Shown here piece by piece: positions 35,585 through 48,398 of a DNA stretch of 64,000 bases (the stretch's first letter is position 1; each line of letters opens with the position of its first letter). The notes under the pieces are model-generated. The model worked only from the letters and a program-made list of their open reading frames with translations. It did not search any database and was not told the DNA's origin. The position numbers were made by a program, and so were the translations under genes. Source of the stretch: Macrostomum lignano (Eukaryota); contig NIVC01000647.1 of the NCBI GenBank assembly GCA_002269645.1, forward strand, positions 124,001 to 188,000. The letters run 5' to 3'.

Positions 35585-35940
35585 AGAATCCCAGGGGCAA
35601 CCCGTGGAGAATCCCAGGGGCAACCCGTGGAGAATCCCAGGGGCAACCCGTGGAGAATCCCAGGGGCAACCCGTGAGAATCCCAGGGGCAACCCGTGGAG
35701 AATCCCAGGGGCAACCCGTGGAGAATCCCAGGGGCAACCCGTGGAGAATCCCAGGGGCAACCCGTGGAGAATCCCAGGGGCAACCCGTGGAGAATCCCAG
35801 GGGCAACCCGTGGAGAATCCCAGGGGCAACCCGTGGAGAATCCCAGGGGCAACCCGTGGAGAATCCCAGGGGCAACCCGTGGAGAATCCCAGGGGCAACC
35901 CGTGGAGAATCCCAGGGGCAACCCGTGGAGAATCCCAGGT
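35585..35940. repeat. 23-bp minisatellite (GAGAATCCCAGGGGCAACCCGTG) within degenerate GAATCC-rich flanks
   Basis: Tandem units. Confidence 0.95.
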
Positions 35941-36263
35941 GGAACCCAGGAAGAAACCCAAGGCGAATCCCTGTATAACCCAAATAGAATCCCAGTGAGA
36001 ACTCAAGGAGAATCCTAGTTGTAACTCTACGGAATACCAGGGGAAATTCGAGGAGAATCCCAAGGAAAGCCAGAGGAGATTTCATGGGAACCCGGGGAAA
36101 ATCCCAGTGGAATCCAAAGTGCATTCAAAGGAAACCGGAGAAAATGCAAGGAAATCCGCCGATAATCTTAAGCGCAATTCTAGGAAATCCGAGAAAAATC
36201 TCAGGGGAATCCGGGGGTGACCTATAATATGATCCCTGAGTTCCTGTCCCCTATTGCAGCGCC

Positions 36264-38312
36264 ATGGCCTCAGCACTGAAGGTGGCCGTAGTGACCGGCT
36301 CTAACAAGGGCATCGGGTTCGCCATTGTGGAGCAGCTCTGCAAGCAGCTGGGCTCCAGCTGGGCCGTCTATGTGACCTCGCGCGATGAAGCTCGCGGCGC
36401 CGATGCACTGAGCCAGTTGAAGCAGCGCGGAGTCGAGCCGCGATTTCACCAGCTGGACATCGACAGTCAGGAGAGCGTGGACCGCCTCGCCGCCTACCTT
36501 AAAGGCACCTACGGAGGCCTCGACATTCTCGTTAACAATGCTGGCATTGCCTATAAGGGCGACTCGACCGCGCCGTTCGCCGAGCAAGCAGAGGTCACCA
36601 TAGCAACCAACTTTTGGAGCACTCTGCGTGTCTGTGATGCGCTGTTCCCCCTGCTGAAGCCGCACGCTCGGGTTGTGCACCTGTGCAGCAGCGTTAGCGA
36701 TATGGCACTCAACAAGGCTTCTCCGGAGTTGCAGAAGAAGCTCACGCAGCCCATGAGTCTGGATGAGGTTAAGTGCTGTCTTTGAAGTGATGTGCAACAC
36801 TTTACTGTAACTTTAAGACTTACAGGCATAACTAGTCATGTATGCTCCCGACAGTGTTTACCATAGACATAACCAATTTTATAGGCTCTGGACAGTGTCT
36901 ACCATAGACATAACCAATCTTATAGGCCGCCGACAGTGTTTACCATAGACATAACCAAAGCTGTAGGCTGCGGACAGTGTTTACCATAGACATAACCAAA
37001 GCTGTAGGCTGCGGACAGTGTTTACCATAGACACAAACCAAAGCTGTAGGCTGCGGACAGTGTTTACCATAGACATAACCAAAGCTGTAGGCTGCGGACA
37101 GTGTTTACCATAGACATAACCAAAGCTGTAGGCTCCGGACAGTGTTTAACATAGACAACCAATCTTATAGGCTGCGGACAGTGTTTACCATAGACATAAC
37201 CAATCTTATAGGCTGCGGACAGTGTTTACCATAGACATAACCAAAGCTGTAGGCTCCAGACAGTGTTTACCATAGACATAACCAAAGCTGTAGGCTGCGG
37301 ACAGTGTTTACCATAGACATAATCAAAGCTGTAGGCTGCGGACAGTGTTTACCATAGACACAAACCAAAGCTGTAGGCTGCGGACAGTGTTTACCATAGA
37401 CATAACCAAAGCTGTAGGCTGCGGACAGTGTTTACCATAGACATAACCAAAGCTGTAGGCTGCGGACAGTGTTTACCATAGACATAATCAAAGCTGTAGG
37501 CTGCGGACAGTGTTTACCATAGACACAAACCAAAGCTGTAGGCTGCGGACAGTGTTTACCATAGACATAACCAAAGCTGTAGGCTGCGGACAGTGTTTAC
37601 CATAGACATAAACAAAGCTGTAGGCTGCGGACAGTGTTTACCATAGACATAACCAAAGCTGTAGGCTACGGACAGTGTTTAACATAGACAACCAATCTTA
37701 TAGGCTGCGGACAGTGTTTACCCTAGACGTAACCAATCCTGTAGGCTGCGGACAGTGTTTACCATAGACATAACCAAAGCTGTAGGCTCCGGACAGTGTT
37801 TAACATAGACAACCAATCTTATAGGCTGCGGACAGTGTTTACCATAGACATAACCAATCTTATAGGCTGCGGACAGTGTTTACCATAGACATAACCAAAG
37901 CTGTAGGCTGCGGACAGTGTTTACCATAGACATAACCAAATCAACCCCCCCTCCTCAACCGCAGGTGAAGCAGCTCATGTCGGATTTCGTGGCCCGAGCT
38001 AAGGCCGGCACAGTGCAGGAGGCCGGCTGGCCGCAGACCGCCTACGGCGTCTCCAAGGTGGGCGTCCGTCTCATGACCTACGCCCAGGCCAGGGATGTCA
38101 AGGGAGACGACATTGTGATCAACTGCTGCTGTCCCGGCTATGTGGACACGGATATGACCAGCCACAAAGGACCCAAGACTATCTATGAAGGTGCTGACAC
38201 ACCTGTGTACTTGGCGACCCTGCCTCCCGGCATCAAGCAGCCAATAGGAGAGCACCTGTACGAGCGCAAGGTCGTGCCGTGGGCTGTGAAGCCCGACTTT
38301 AAATTTGTGTGA
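36264..38312 (+). CDS. CBR1: Carbonyl reductase (NADPH), SDR family, copy 1. Exons 36264-36767 and 37965-38312 (283 aa)
   Basis: VAVVTGSNKGIG, LDILVNNAGI, YGVSK catalytic motif, CCPGYVDTDM..EGADTPVYLA. Phase-0 GT-AG intron. Confidence 0.92.
36848..37940. repeat. 41-bp intronic minisatellite (GACAGTGTTTACCATAGACATAACCAAAGCTGTAGGCTGCG), about 27 units
   Basis: Tandem units; the same array has about 7 units in copy 2 (40340-40617). Confidence 0.95.
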
Positions 38313-38754
38313 CATCTGGTAGATTTTCAATCCGAGACTTTATTAAACAGTAGTTATACATTTTATTAAATAATTAGCTTTTTGATAAATTAAGTAAGTA
38401 GGCATTAACTTTTTATAATCTTTATTTTATCTATTTTTCTTTATTCTAATTTTCTATTTATCTACGAGCGTAGGTGCGAGGTTGCTGAACCATTCTAAAT
38501 GATATCTTTTACATCTTTTGTCTTCATGATTGGCAATTTTATTTCTATATCATGCTGCTTTCACATGTTCGTAGACTGTAGTGTAGTAATTGAAATTTAT
38601 ATATACTAAGCTATTTCTGACTCTTTTATAGTAATTTTTCATGATAAAATATCCATGATCTTCTGTAGTGTTTTAACATTGATGCCAAAATATTTGTAAC
38701 GTCTTTTAGTTAGTTTCATAATAACTACTGTTTAGCTGTTAATTCAACTCTGTA

Positions 38755-39545
38755 TATGCCCCAGATGGGTAAGCCTAGAGTGCCTTAAGTAGGGAATCCT
38801 AGAGTACCCCAGATAGGGAATCCTAGAGTACCCCAGATAGGGAATCCTAGAGTACCCCAGATAGGGAATCCTAGACTACCCCAGATAGGGAATCCTAGAG
38901 TACCCCAGATAGGGAATCCTAGAGTACCCCAGATAGGGAATCCTAGAGTGCCCCAGATAGGGAATCCTAGAGTACCCCAGATAGGGAATCCTAGAGTACC
39001 CCAGATAGGGAATCCTAGAGTACCCCAGATAGGGAATCCTAGAGTACCCCAGATAGGGAATCCTAGAGTACCCCAGATAGGGAATCCTAGAGTACCCCAG
39101 ATAGGGAATCCTAGAGTACCCCAGATAGGGAATCCTAGAGTACCCCAGATAGGGAATCCTAGAGTACCCCAGATAGGGAATCCTAGAGTACCCCAGATAG
39201 GGAATCCTAGAGTACCCCAGATAGGGAATCCTAGACTACCCCAGATAGGGAATCCTAGAGTGCCCCAGATAGGGAATCCTAGACTAGCCCAGATAGGGAA
39301 TCCTAGAGTGCCTTAGGTAGGGAATCCTAGAGTACCCCAGATAGGGAATCCTAGAGTACCCCAGATAGGGAATCCTAGAGTGCCCAGATAGGGAATCCTA
39401 GACTACCCCAGATAGGGAATCCTAGACTACCCCAGATAGGGAATCCTAGAGTGCCTTAGGTAGGGAATCCTAGACTACCCCAGATAGGGAATCCTAGAGT
39501 GCCTTAGGTAGGGAATCCTAGAGTACCCCAGATAGGGAATCCTAG
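38755..39545. repeat. 24-bp minisatellite (GTACCCCAGATAGGGAATCCTAGA)
   Basis: Tandem units; the source of the PQIGNPRV pseudo-ORF. Confidence 0.95.
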
Positions 39546-39755
39546 ATTACCTCCGATAAGAATTTTGGGAAATCTTAAACAGCATTAGAGTGTTTTAGAA
39601 ACAAAGGAAGAAATTCCTGGGAACCCCAAGGGGAATCTGAAGGTAATCCTTCCGAATCGCAGAGGAATTTTTGGGAAGACTTCGTGGCACTCCTTCAGAG
39701 CCAATACCCCAACCCCAAGTGAGTCTCAACAGTTCCTGTCCCCTATTGCAGCGCC

Positions 39756-40991
39756 ATGGCCTCAGCACTGAAGGTGGCCGTAGTGACCGGCTCTAACAAG
39801 GGCATCGGGTTCGCCATTGTGGAGCAGCTCTGCAAGCAGCTGGGCTCCAGCTGGGCCGTCTATGTGACCTCGCGCGATGAAGCTCGCGGCGCCGATGCAC
39901 TGAGCCAGTTGAAGCAGCGCGGAGTCGAGCCGCGATTTCACCAGCTGGACATCGACAGTCAGGAGAGCGTGGACCGCCTCGCCGCCTACCTTAAAGGCAC
40001 CTACGGAGGCCTCGATATTCTCGTTAACAATGCTGCCATTGCCTACAAGGGCGACTCGACCGCGCCGTTCGCCGAGCAAGCAGAGGTCACCATAGCAACC
40101 AACTTTTGGAACACTCTGCGTGTCTGTGATGCGCTGTTCCCTCTGCTGAAGCCGCACGCTCGGGTTGTGCACCTGTGCAGCAGCGTTAGCGATATGGCAC
40201 TCAACAAGGCTTCTCCGGAGTTGCAGAAGAAGCTCACGCAGCCCATGAGTCTGGATGAGGTTAAGTGCTGTCTTTGAAGTGATGTGCAACACTTTACTGT
40301 AACTTTAAGACTTACAGGCATAACTAGTCATGTATGCTCCCGACAGTGTTTACCATAGACATAACCAATTTTATAGGCTCTGGACAGTGTCTACCATAGA
40401 CATAACCAATCTTATAGGCCGCCGACAGTGTTTACCATAGACATAACCAAAGCTGTAGGCTGCGGACAGTGTTTACCATAGACACAAACCAAAGCTGTAG
40501 GCTGCGGACAGTGTTTACCATAGACATAATCAAAGCTGTAGGCTCCGGACAGTGTTTACCATAGACATAACCAAAGCTGTAGGCTCCAGACAGTGTTTAC
40601 CATAGACATAACCAAATCAACCCCCCCCCCTCCTCAACCGCAGGTTAAGCAGCTCATGTCGGATTTCGTGGCCCGAGCCAAGGCCGGCACAGTGCAGGAG
40701 GCCGGCTGGCCGCAGACCGCCTACGGCGTCTCCAAGGTGGGCGTCCGCCTCATGACCTACGCCCAGGCCAGGGATGTCAAGGGAGACGACATTGTGATCA
40801 ATTGCTGCTGTCCCGGCTATGTGGACACGGATATGACCAGCCACAAAGGACCAAAGACTATCTATGAAGGTGCTGACACACCTGTGTACCTGGCGACCCT
40901 GCCTCCCGGCATCAAGGAGCCAATAGGAGAGCACCTGTACGAGCGCAAGGTCGTGCCGTGGGCTGTGAAGCCCGGATTCACCATCGCTTGA
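39756..40991 (+). CDS. CBR1: Carbonyl reductase copy 2 (tandem duplicate). Exons 39756-40259 and 40644-40991 (283 aa)
   Basis: Near-identical to copy 1, with NNAG to NNAA, S to N, Q to E, and a different last five codons (GFTIA vs DFKFV). Confidence 0.92.
40340..40617. repeat. 41-bp intronic minisatellite, short version
   Basis: Same unit as 36848-37940. Confidence 0.95.
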
Positions 40992-41510
40992 AGCTCTGTT
41001 CGATCGTAGGACTTTTGGTTTCTGATTGAAATGGTTAAGCAACGTTTGTACTCGAATTTTCTTTCTAGGTAGCGGCTTCATATTAGCCATCTATCCCTGT
41101 CTGTGCGTGGCTCGATTCTTTGTTATTTAGCTTGACTGTTCTTTTCAATTTTTCACTATTGATAATATTTAATCAAGTTAGATTAATTCAAAATACACAC
41201 CGACGACGGCTGTTTTTCTTTCTGTCCTTTTTATAATCAATGTTAGTCTTGAAGTTATTTTTATCAAATATGATTTAGGAAGTCAGTTCCCACTAGCTAG
41301 ACGTAAAATTACCCAAATTAGTCATGAACTTCGCAAATGACGACGGTTTCACCTGTAGAGTTTTTAACAATCAATTTTTAACAATTTTCCTAAGGAAACG
41401 TCTTAAAAGCTACGGAATCGGGTCGGTTTCCTTGCCTACTGTGGCTCCAGCTGTATTTGAAGGATTTTGAAAGACGCCAGCAACGTGATTTGGCAAACAG
41501 ATGAAAAAAG

Positions 41511-42116
41511 TCAAGAAGACGTCTTTGAATATCCGGTCCTTTGTCGCCCAGCCGCCGAGGTTGCCGCAGTTGTAGATCTTGAAGCTGCCCGACTCTTCGC
41601 GCTTGACGCCGACAGCAGCCTTACGAAGCTCATATCCCGATCGCTGTTCTCCTCGAAGGTCATCATCCGTCGGAAGTCGTCCCAGTTGACTACGCCGTCC
41701 CTGTCGTGATCGGCGTGCCGCAGCATCTCGTCGATGTCTTCGTCGGTTAGAGGCTCGTCTAGTAGCAGCAGCATTGTCCGTTTGAGCTCCTCGTGCGTCA
41801 CGTGAATTCCATTGGAGCCGCGGCTCAGCACGAAGAAGGCTTCGCGAATCTCCGCCTCGTCGTCCACGTCGGCGCCGCGCATTTTGAGCACCAGGATGGC
41901 GCAGAGGGAGTTAAAATCGATGCGCGGCTTCGCGTCCGGGTCGGCGCCCAGTTTGATGAGGAATTTGCGCAGATCCGAGTCGCTCAGCTGGTGCCCGACT
42001 TTGCGCATGATTGTTGACACCCCGGCCATGGTGACGCTGCCCTCCGAGGTGCGGTCGTTCTCTTCGAATGCTTCTTTCAGGTCCTTGAGCATGGCCTCCT
42101 CCAGTATTTCTGCCAT
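41511..42116 (-). CDS. Divergent calmodulin/centrin-like EF-hand protein (single exon, 201 aa)
   Basis: LKEAFEEND.., EIREAF.., LTDEDIDEMLRHADHDRDGVVNWDDFRRMM follow the calmodulin four-EF-hand layout. Confidence 0.85.
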   Translation of the reverse strand: MAEILEEAMLKDLKEAFEENDRTSEGSVTMAGVSTIMRKVGHQLSDSDLRKFLIKLGADPDAKPRIDFNSLCAILVLKMRGADVDDEAEIREAFFVLSRGSNGIHVTHEELKRTMLLLLDEPLTDEDIDEMLRHADHDRDGVVNWDDFRRMMTFEENSDRDMSFVRLLSASSAKSRAASRSTTAATSAAGRQRTGYSKTSS

Positions 42117-42639
42117 TGCTGCTATGTAGGAGCGGTAGCTCTGGTCGGTATGCCTGGCTCTGGTACTGGCCGAGGGACAGATGGTTTGAATAGAGAAAAG
42201 CGTCTTAAAATCCGCTCCTTTGGCCTCTTGGCCGTGCCATTTTTCTCAAATTAAAGAGGGCAAGGAGTTTAAGGTTGCTGCGCGTATTGTGTGCTGCGCT
42301 GCACAGCTAGAACCCTTCGCCATCTCTCTCTCTCTCTCTCTCTTGCTCCTCACCCTTCCACCTGTCTCTCTGCTTATAGCACATTCTACTGCAGTGCTCT
42401 TTACTCCATTGCGATTCCCCGTGGCCATGGTTTCACCCTCAATAAAGTGGCCGTTGTGCGATGCGGTCTTCCGCTCTTACCCCCCCTTTCCAGTGCCCCT
42501 CTCTGGCACAGGCCAGTTTACTCTTAAGCTTTTTATACGTCGTATAGCTCGTACATATGGCTTAGTGCTTGACTTTTCTTAGTTGTCATTGGCTTACACT
42601 TGACTTCCAATATCAATTGCATATATAATACAACCAGCT

Positions 42640-43700
42640 TGGACTCCCCGTGAAACCATGCTTGGATTCCCCGTAAAACCATGCTTGAATTCCCCGTGAA
42701 ACCATGCTTGAATTCCCCGTGAAACCATGCTAAAATTCCCCGTGAAACCATGCTTAAATTCCCCGTGAAACCATGCTTGAATTCCCCGTGAAACCATGCT
42801 TAAATTCCCCGTGAAACCATGCTTGAATTCCCCGTAAAACCATGCTTGAATTCCCCGTGAAACCATGCTTGAATTCCCCGTGAAACCATGCTTGAATTCC
42901 CCGTGAAACCATGCTTGAATTCCCCGTGAAATCATGCTTGAATTCCCCGTGAAACCATGCTTGAATTCCCCGTAAAACCATGCTTGAATTCCCCGTGAAA
43001 CCATGCTTGAATTCCCCGTAAAACCATGCTTGAATTCCCCGTGAAACCATGCTTAAATTCCCCGTGAAACCATGCTTGAATTCCCCGTGAAACCATGCTT
43101 AAATTCCCCGTGAAACCATGCTTGAATTCCCCGTGTAGCCGGCCTGAATTTCTTGTGAAATCAACTTGAATTTCCCATGAAACCAGCTTGAATTCCCCGT
43201 GAAACCATGACTGAATTCCCCATAAAACTGACTGAATTCCCCATAAAACTATAACTTAATTACCCATAAAACCATGACTGAATTCCCCGTGAAGCCGGCT
43301 CGAATTTCTTGTGAAATCAACTTGAATTCCCCATGAAACCAGCTTGAATTCCCCGTGAAACCATGACTGAATTCTCCCTGAAGCCGGCCTGAATGAATTT
43401 CTTGTGAAATCAACTTTAATTCCCCATGAAACCAGCTTGAATTCCCCATAAAACCATAACTGAATTCCCCGTGAAACGATGACTGAATTCCCCGTGAGAC
43501 CATGACTGAATTCCCCGTAAAACCATGACTGAATTCCCCGTAAAACCATGACTGAATTCTCCGTGAGACCATGACTGAATTCCCCGTAAAACCATGACTG
43601 AATTCCCCGTGAGACCATGACTGAATTCCCCGTAAAACCATGACTGAATTCCCCGTGAAACCATGACTGAATTCCCCGTAAAACCATAACTGAATTCCTG
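42640..43700. repeat. Two 23-bp sub-arrays (TTCCCCGTGAAACCATGCTTGAA and TTCCCCGTAAAACCATGACTGAA) in the probable 5'-UTR intron of AF10
   Basis: Tandem units; the array ends at GAATTCCTGTTGCAG (acceptor about 43706). Confidence 0.9.
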
Positions 43701-43838
43701 TTGCAGGCTGTCGCCACGCCGCCGCAACCTGCTGCTTTGCTGAGAGCCGCCACAGCAGCCTTTCCATAGCAGCAATCAATCAATCGGCGGCAGGCGGAGC
43801 TGTCAATCAATCAAAGCCATAATATAGGGGGTTAAAAT

Positions 43839-44482
43839 ATGAAAGAGATGATCGGCGGCTGCTGCGTCTGCTCAGAGGAACGCGGCTGGTCGGACAATCC
43901 GCTGGTGTACTGCGACGGGGCTCAGTGCAGCGTGGCAGTGCACCAGGCCTGCTACGGCATCCCCATTATCCCCGATGGCTCCTGGTACTGCCGCAAGTGC
44001 GAGAGCAACGAGCGAGTCGCCAGGGTCCGCTGCGAGCTCTGCCCGAGCAGGTCCGGCGCTTTGAAACGCACCGATCGAGGCACCTGGTGTCACGTGATCT
44101 GCGCCCTGTTCATCCCCGAGGTGGACTTTGGCGACAAGGCGCTGATGGAGCCGGTGCTGCTGGAACGAGTGCCAGCCGAGAAGTTCAACAGGCTGTGCTA
44201 CATCTGCGAGTCCCGCGGCCAGTCTGAGAGGGCGGTGGCCGGCGCCTGCATGCAGTGCAACAAGTCCGGCTGCAGGCTATGCTTTCATGTCACCTGCGCC
44301 CAGACACTCGGCCTGCTGTGCGAAGAGAGCGAAGCCAATGGCTCTGTGCGATTCTGCGGCTACTGTCAGGTGAGCTGGTTGGTTAGTTAGTTAGTTAGTT
44401 AGTTAGTTACTTAGATAGTTAGTTAGTTAGTTAGTTAGTTAGTTGGTTAGTTAGTTAGTTAGTTAGTTAGTTGGTTAGTTAG

Positions 44483-44545
<63 letters not shown>

Positions 44546-44608
44546 ATAGTTAGTTAGATAGTTCGATAGTTAGTTAGTAGTTAGTTAGATAGTTAGTTAT
44601 TTAGTTAG

Positions 44609-44652
<44 letters not shown>

Positions 44653-44668
44653 ATAGGTAGTTAGTTAG

Positions 44669-44706
<38 letters not shown>

Positions 44707-45003
44707 GGTTAGTTAGTTAGATAGTTAGTAGTTAGTTAGTTAGTTAGTTAGTTAGATAGTTAGTTAGTTAGATAGTTAGTAGTTAGTTAGTTAGTTAGTT
44801 AGTTAGATAGTTAGTTAGTTAGTTAGTCAGTTAGTTAGTTAGTTAGTCAGTTAGTTAGTTAGTTAGTTAGATAGTTAGTTAGTTAGTTAGATAGTTAGTT
44901 AGTAGTTAGTTAGATAGTTAGTTATTTAGTTAGTTAGTTAGTTAGTTAGATAGTTAGTTAGTCAGTTAGTTAGTAAGTTAGTTAGTTAGTCTGTCGGGTT
45001 AGG

Positions 45004-45034
<31 letters not shown>

Positions 45035-45094
45035 ATAGTTAGTTAGTTAGATAGTTAGTTAGTTAGTTAGTCAGTTAGTTAGTTAGTTAGTTAG

Positions 45095-45154
<60 letters not shown>

Positions 45155-45239
45155 ATAGTCAGTTGGGTTAGGTAGTTAGTTAGATAGTTAGTTAGTTAGT
45201 TAGTTAGTTAGTTTGTTAGTTAGTTAGTTAGATAGTTAG

Positions 45240-45278
<39 letters not shown>

Positions 45279-45389
45279 ATAGTTAGTTAGTTAGTTAGTT
45301 AGTTAGTCAGTTAGTTAGTTAGTTAGTTAGTTAGTCAGTTGGGTTAGGTAGTTAGTTAGTTAGTTAGTTATTTAGTTAGTTAGTTAGTC

Positions 45390-45467
<78 letters not shown>

Positions 45468-45483
45468 ATAGGTAGTTAGTTAG

Positions 45484-45521
<38 letters not shown>

Positions 45522-45543
45522 GGTTAGTTAGTTAGATAGTTAG

Positions 45544-45574
<31 letters not shown>

Positions 45575-45726
45575 ATAGTTAGTTAGTTAGATAGTTAGTA
45601 GTTAGTTAGTTAGTTAGTTACTTAGTTAGTTAGTTAGTTAGATAGTTAGTTAGTTAGTTAGTCAGTTAGTTAGTTAGTTAGTTAGTTAGTCTGTCGGGTT
45701 AGGTAGTTAGTTATTTAGTTAGTTAT

Positions 45727-45762
<36 letters not shown>

Positions 45763-45803
45763 ATAGTCAGTTGGGTTAGGTAGTTAGTTAGTTAGTTAGT
45801 TAG

Positions 45804-45841
<38 letters not shown>

Positions 45842-45863
45842 GGTTAGTTAGTTAGATAGTTAG

Positions 45864-45908
<45 letters not shown>

Positions 45909-46175
45909 GGTTAGTTAGTTAGATAGTTAGTAGTTAGTTAGTTAGTTAGTTAGATAGTTAGTTAGTTAGTTAGTCAGTTAGTTAGTTAGTTAGTTAGTTA
46001 GTCTGTCGGGTTAGGTAGTTAGTTAGTTAGTTAGTTAGTTAGATAGTTAGTTAGTTAGTTAGATAGTTAGTTAGTAGTTAGTTAGATAGTTAGTTATTTA
46101 GTTAGTTAGTTAGTTAGTTAGATAGTTAGTTAGTCAGTTAGTTAGTAAGTTAGTTAGTTAGTCTGTCGGGTTAGG

Positions 46176-46206
<31 letters not shown>

Positions 46207-46266
46207 ATAGTTAGTTAGTTAGATAGTTAGTTAGTTAGTTAGTCAGTTAGTTAGTTAGTTAGTTAG

Positions 46267-46314
<48 letters not shown>

Positions 46315-46332
46315 ATAGTCAGTTGGGTTAGG

Positions 46333-46370
<38 letters not shown>

Positions 46371-46387
46371 GTTAGTTAGTTAGTTAG

Positions 46388-46431
<44 letters not shown>

Positions 46432-46542
46432 ATAGTTAGTTAGTTAGTTAGTTAGTTAGTCAGTTAGTTAGTTAGTTAGTTAGTTAGTCAGTTCGGTTAG
46501 GTAGTTAGTTAGTTAGTTAGTTATTTAGTTAGTTAGTTAGTC

Positions 46543-46580
<38 letters not shown>

Positions 46581-46624
46581 ATAGTTAGTTAGTTAGTTAG
46601 TTAGTTAGATAGGTAGTTAGTTAG

Positions 46625-46662
<38 letters not shown>

Positions 46663-46684
46663 GGTTAGTTAGTTAGATAGTTAG

Positions 46685-46715
<31 letters not shown>

Positions 46716-46739
46716 ATAGTTAGTTAGTTAGATAGTTAG

Positions 46740-46774
<35 letters not shown>

Positions 46775-46859
46775 ATAGTTAGTTAGTTAGTTAGTCAGTT
46801 AGTTAGTTAGTTAGTTAGTTAGTCTGTCGGGTTAGGTAGTTAGTTATTTAGTTAGTTAT

Positions 46860-46892
<33 letters not shown>

Positions 46893-46935
46893 CAGTTAGT
46901 TAGTTAGTTAGTCAGTTAGTTAGTTAGTTAGTTAG

Positions 46936-46979
<44 letters not shown>

Positions 46980-47093
46980 ATAGTCAGTTGGGTTAGGTAG
47001 TTAGTTAGTTAGTTAGTTAGTTAGTTTGTTTGTTTGTTAGTTAGTTAGTTAGATAGTTAGTAGTTAGTTAGTTAGATAGTCAGTTGGGTTAGG

Positions 47094-47132
<39 letters not shown>

Positions 47133-47213
47133 GTGGGTAGTTAGTTAGTTAGTTAGTTAGTTAGACAGTTAGTTAGTTAGTTAGTCAGTTAGTTAGTTAG
47201 TTAGTTAGTTAGG

Positions 47214-47253
<40 letters not shown>

Positions 47254-47254
47254 C

Positions 47255-47285
<31 letters not shown>

Positions 47286-47339
47286 CAGTTGGGTTAGGTA
47301 GTTAGTTAGTTAGTTAGTTCTTTAGTTAGTTAGTTAGTC

Positions 47340-47390
<51 letters not shown>

Positions 47391-47419
47391 CAGTCAGTTA
47401 GTTAGTCAGTTGGGTTAGG

Positions 47420-47455
<36 letters not shown>

Positions 47456-47537
47456 CAGTTAGTTAGTTAGTTAGTTAGTTAGTCAGTTGGGTTAGGTAGT
47501 TAGTTAGTTAGTTAGTTATTTAGTTAGTTAGTTAGTC

Positions 47538-47607
<70 letters not shown>

Positions 47608-47623
47608 ATAGGTAGTTAGTTAG

Positions 47624-47665
<42 letters not shown>

Positions 47666-47687
47666 GGTTAGTTAGTTAGATAGTTAG

Positions 47688-47722
<35 letters not shown>

Positions 47723-47862
47723 ATAGTTAGTTAGTTAGATAGTTAGTAGTTAGTTAGTTAGTTAGTTACTTAGTTAGTTAGTTAGTTAGATAGTTAGTTA
47801 GTTAGTTAGTCAGTTAGTTAGTTAGTTAGTTAGTTAGTCTGTCGGGTTAGGTAGTTAGTTAT

Positions 47863-47894
<32 letters not shown>

Positions 47895-47962
47895 ATAGTT
47901 AGTTAGTTAGTTAGTTAGATAGTTAGTTAGTTAGTTAGTCAGTTAGTTAGTTAGTTAGTTAG

Positions 47963-48002
<40 letters not shown>

Positions 48003-48043
48003 ATAGTCAGTTGGGTTAGGTAGTTAGTTAGTTAGTTAGTTAG

Positions 48044-48085
<42 letters not shown>

Positions 48086-48107
48086 GGTTAGTTAGTTAGA
48101 TAGTTAG

Positions 48108-48142
<35 letters not shown>

Positions 48143-48196
48143 ATAGTTAGTTAGTCAGTTAGTTAGTAAGTTAGTTAGTTAGTCTGTCGGGTTAGG

Positions 48197-48227
<31 letters not shown>

Positions 48228-48287
48228 ATAGTTAGTTAGTTAGATAGTTAGTTAGTTAGTTAGTCAGTTAGTTAGTTAGTTAGTTAG

Positions 48288-48334
<47 letters not shown>

Positions 48335-48359
48335 GTTAGTTAGTTAGTTAGATAGTTAG

Positions 48360-48398
<39 letters not shown>

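Noticed and set aside
36848-37940. 41-bp regular repeat resembling a CRISPR array, and other 20-45-bp arrays
   Set aside because: There are no unique spacers, the units are contiguous, the context is a eukaryotic intron and no cas genes are present.
36848-37940. TGTTTAC forkhead motif in every 41-bp unit
   Set aside because: A 7-mer in an amplified unit is expected by chance, and copy number differs freely between CBR copies.
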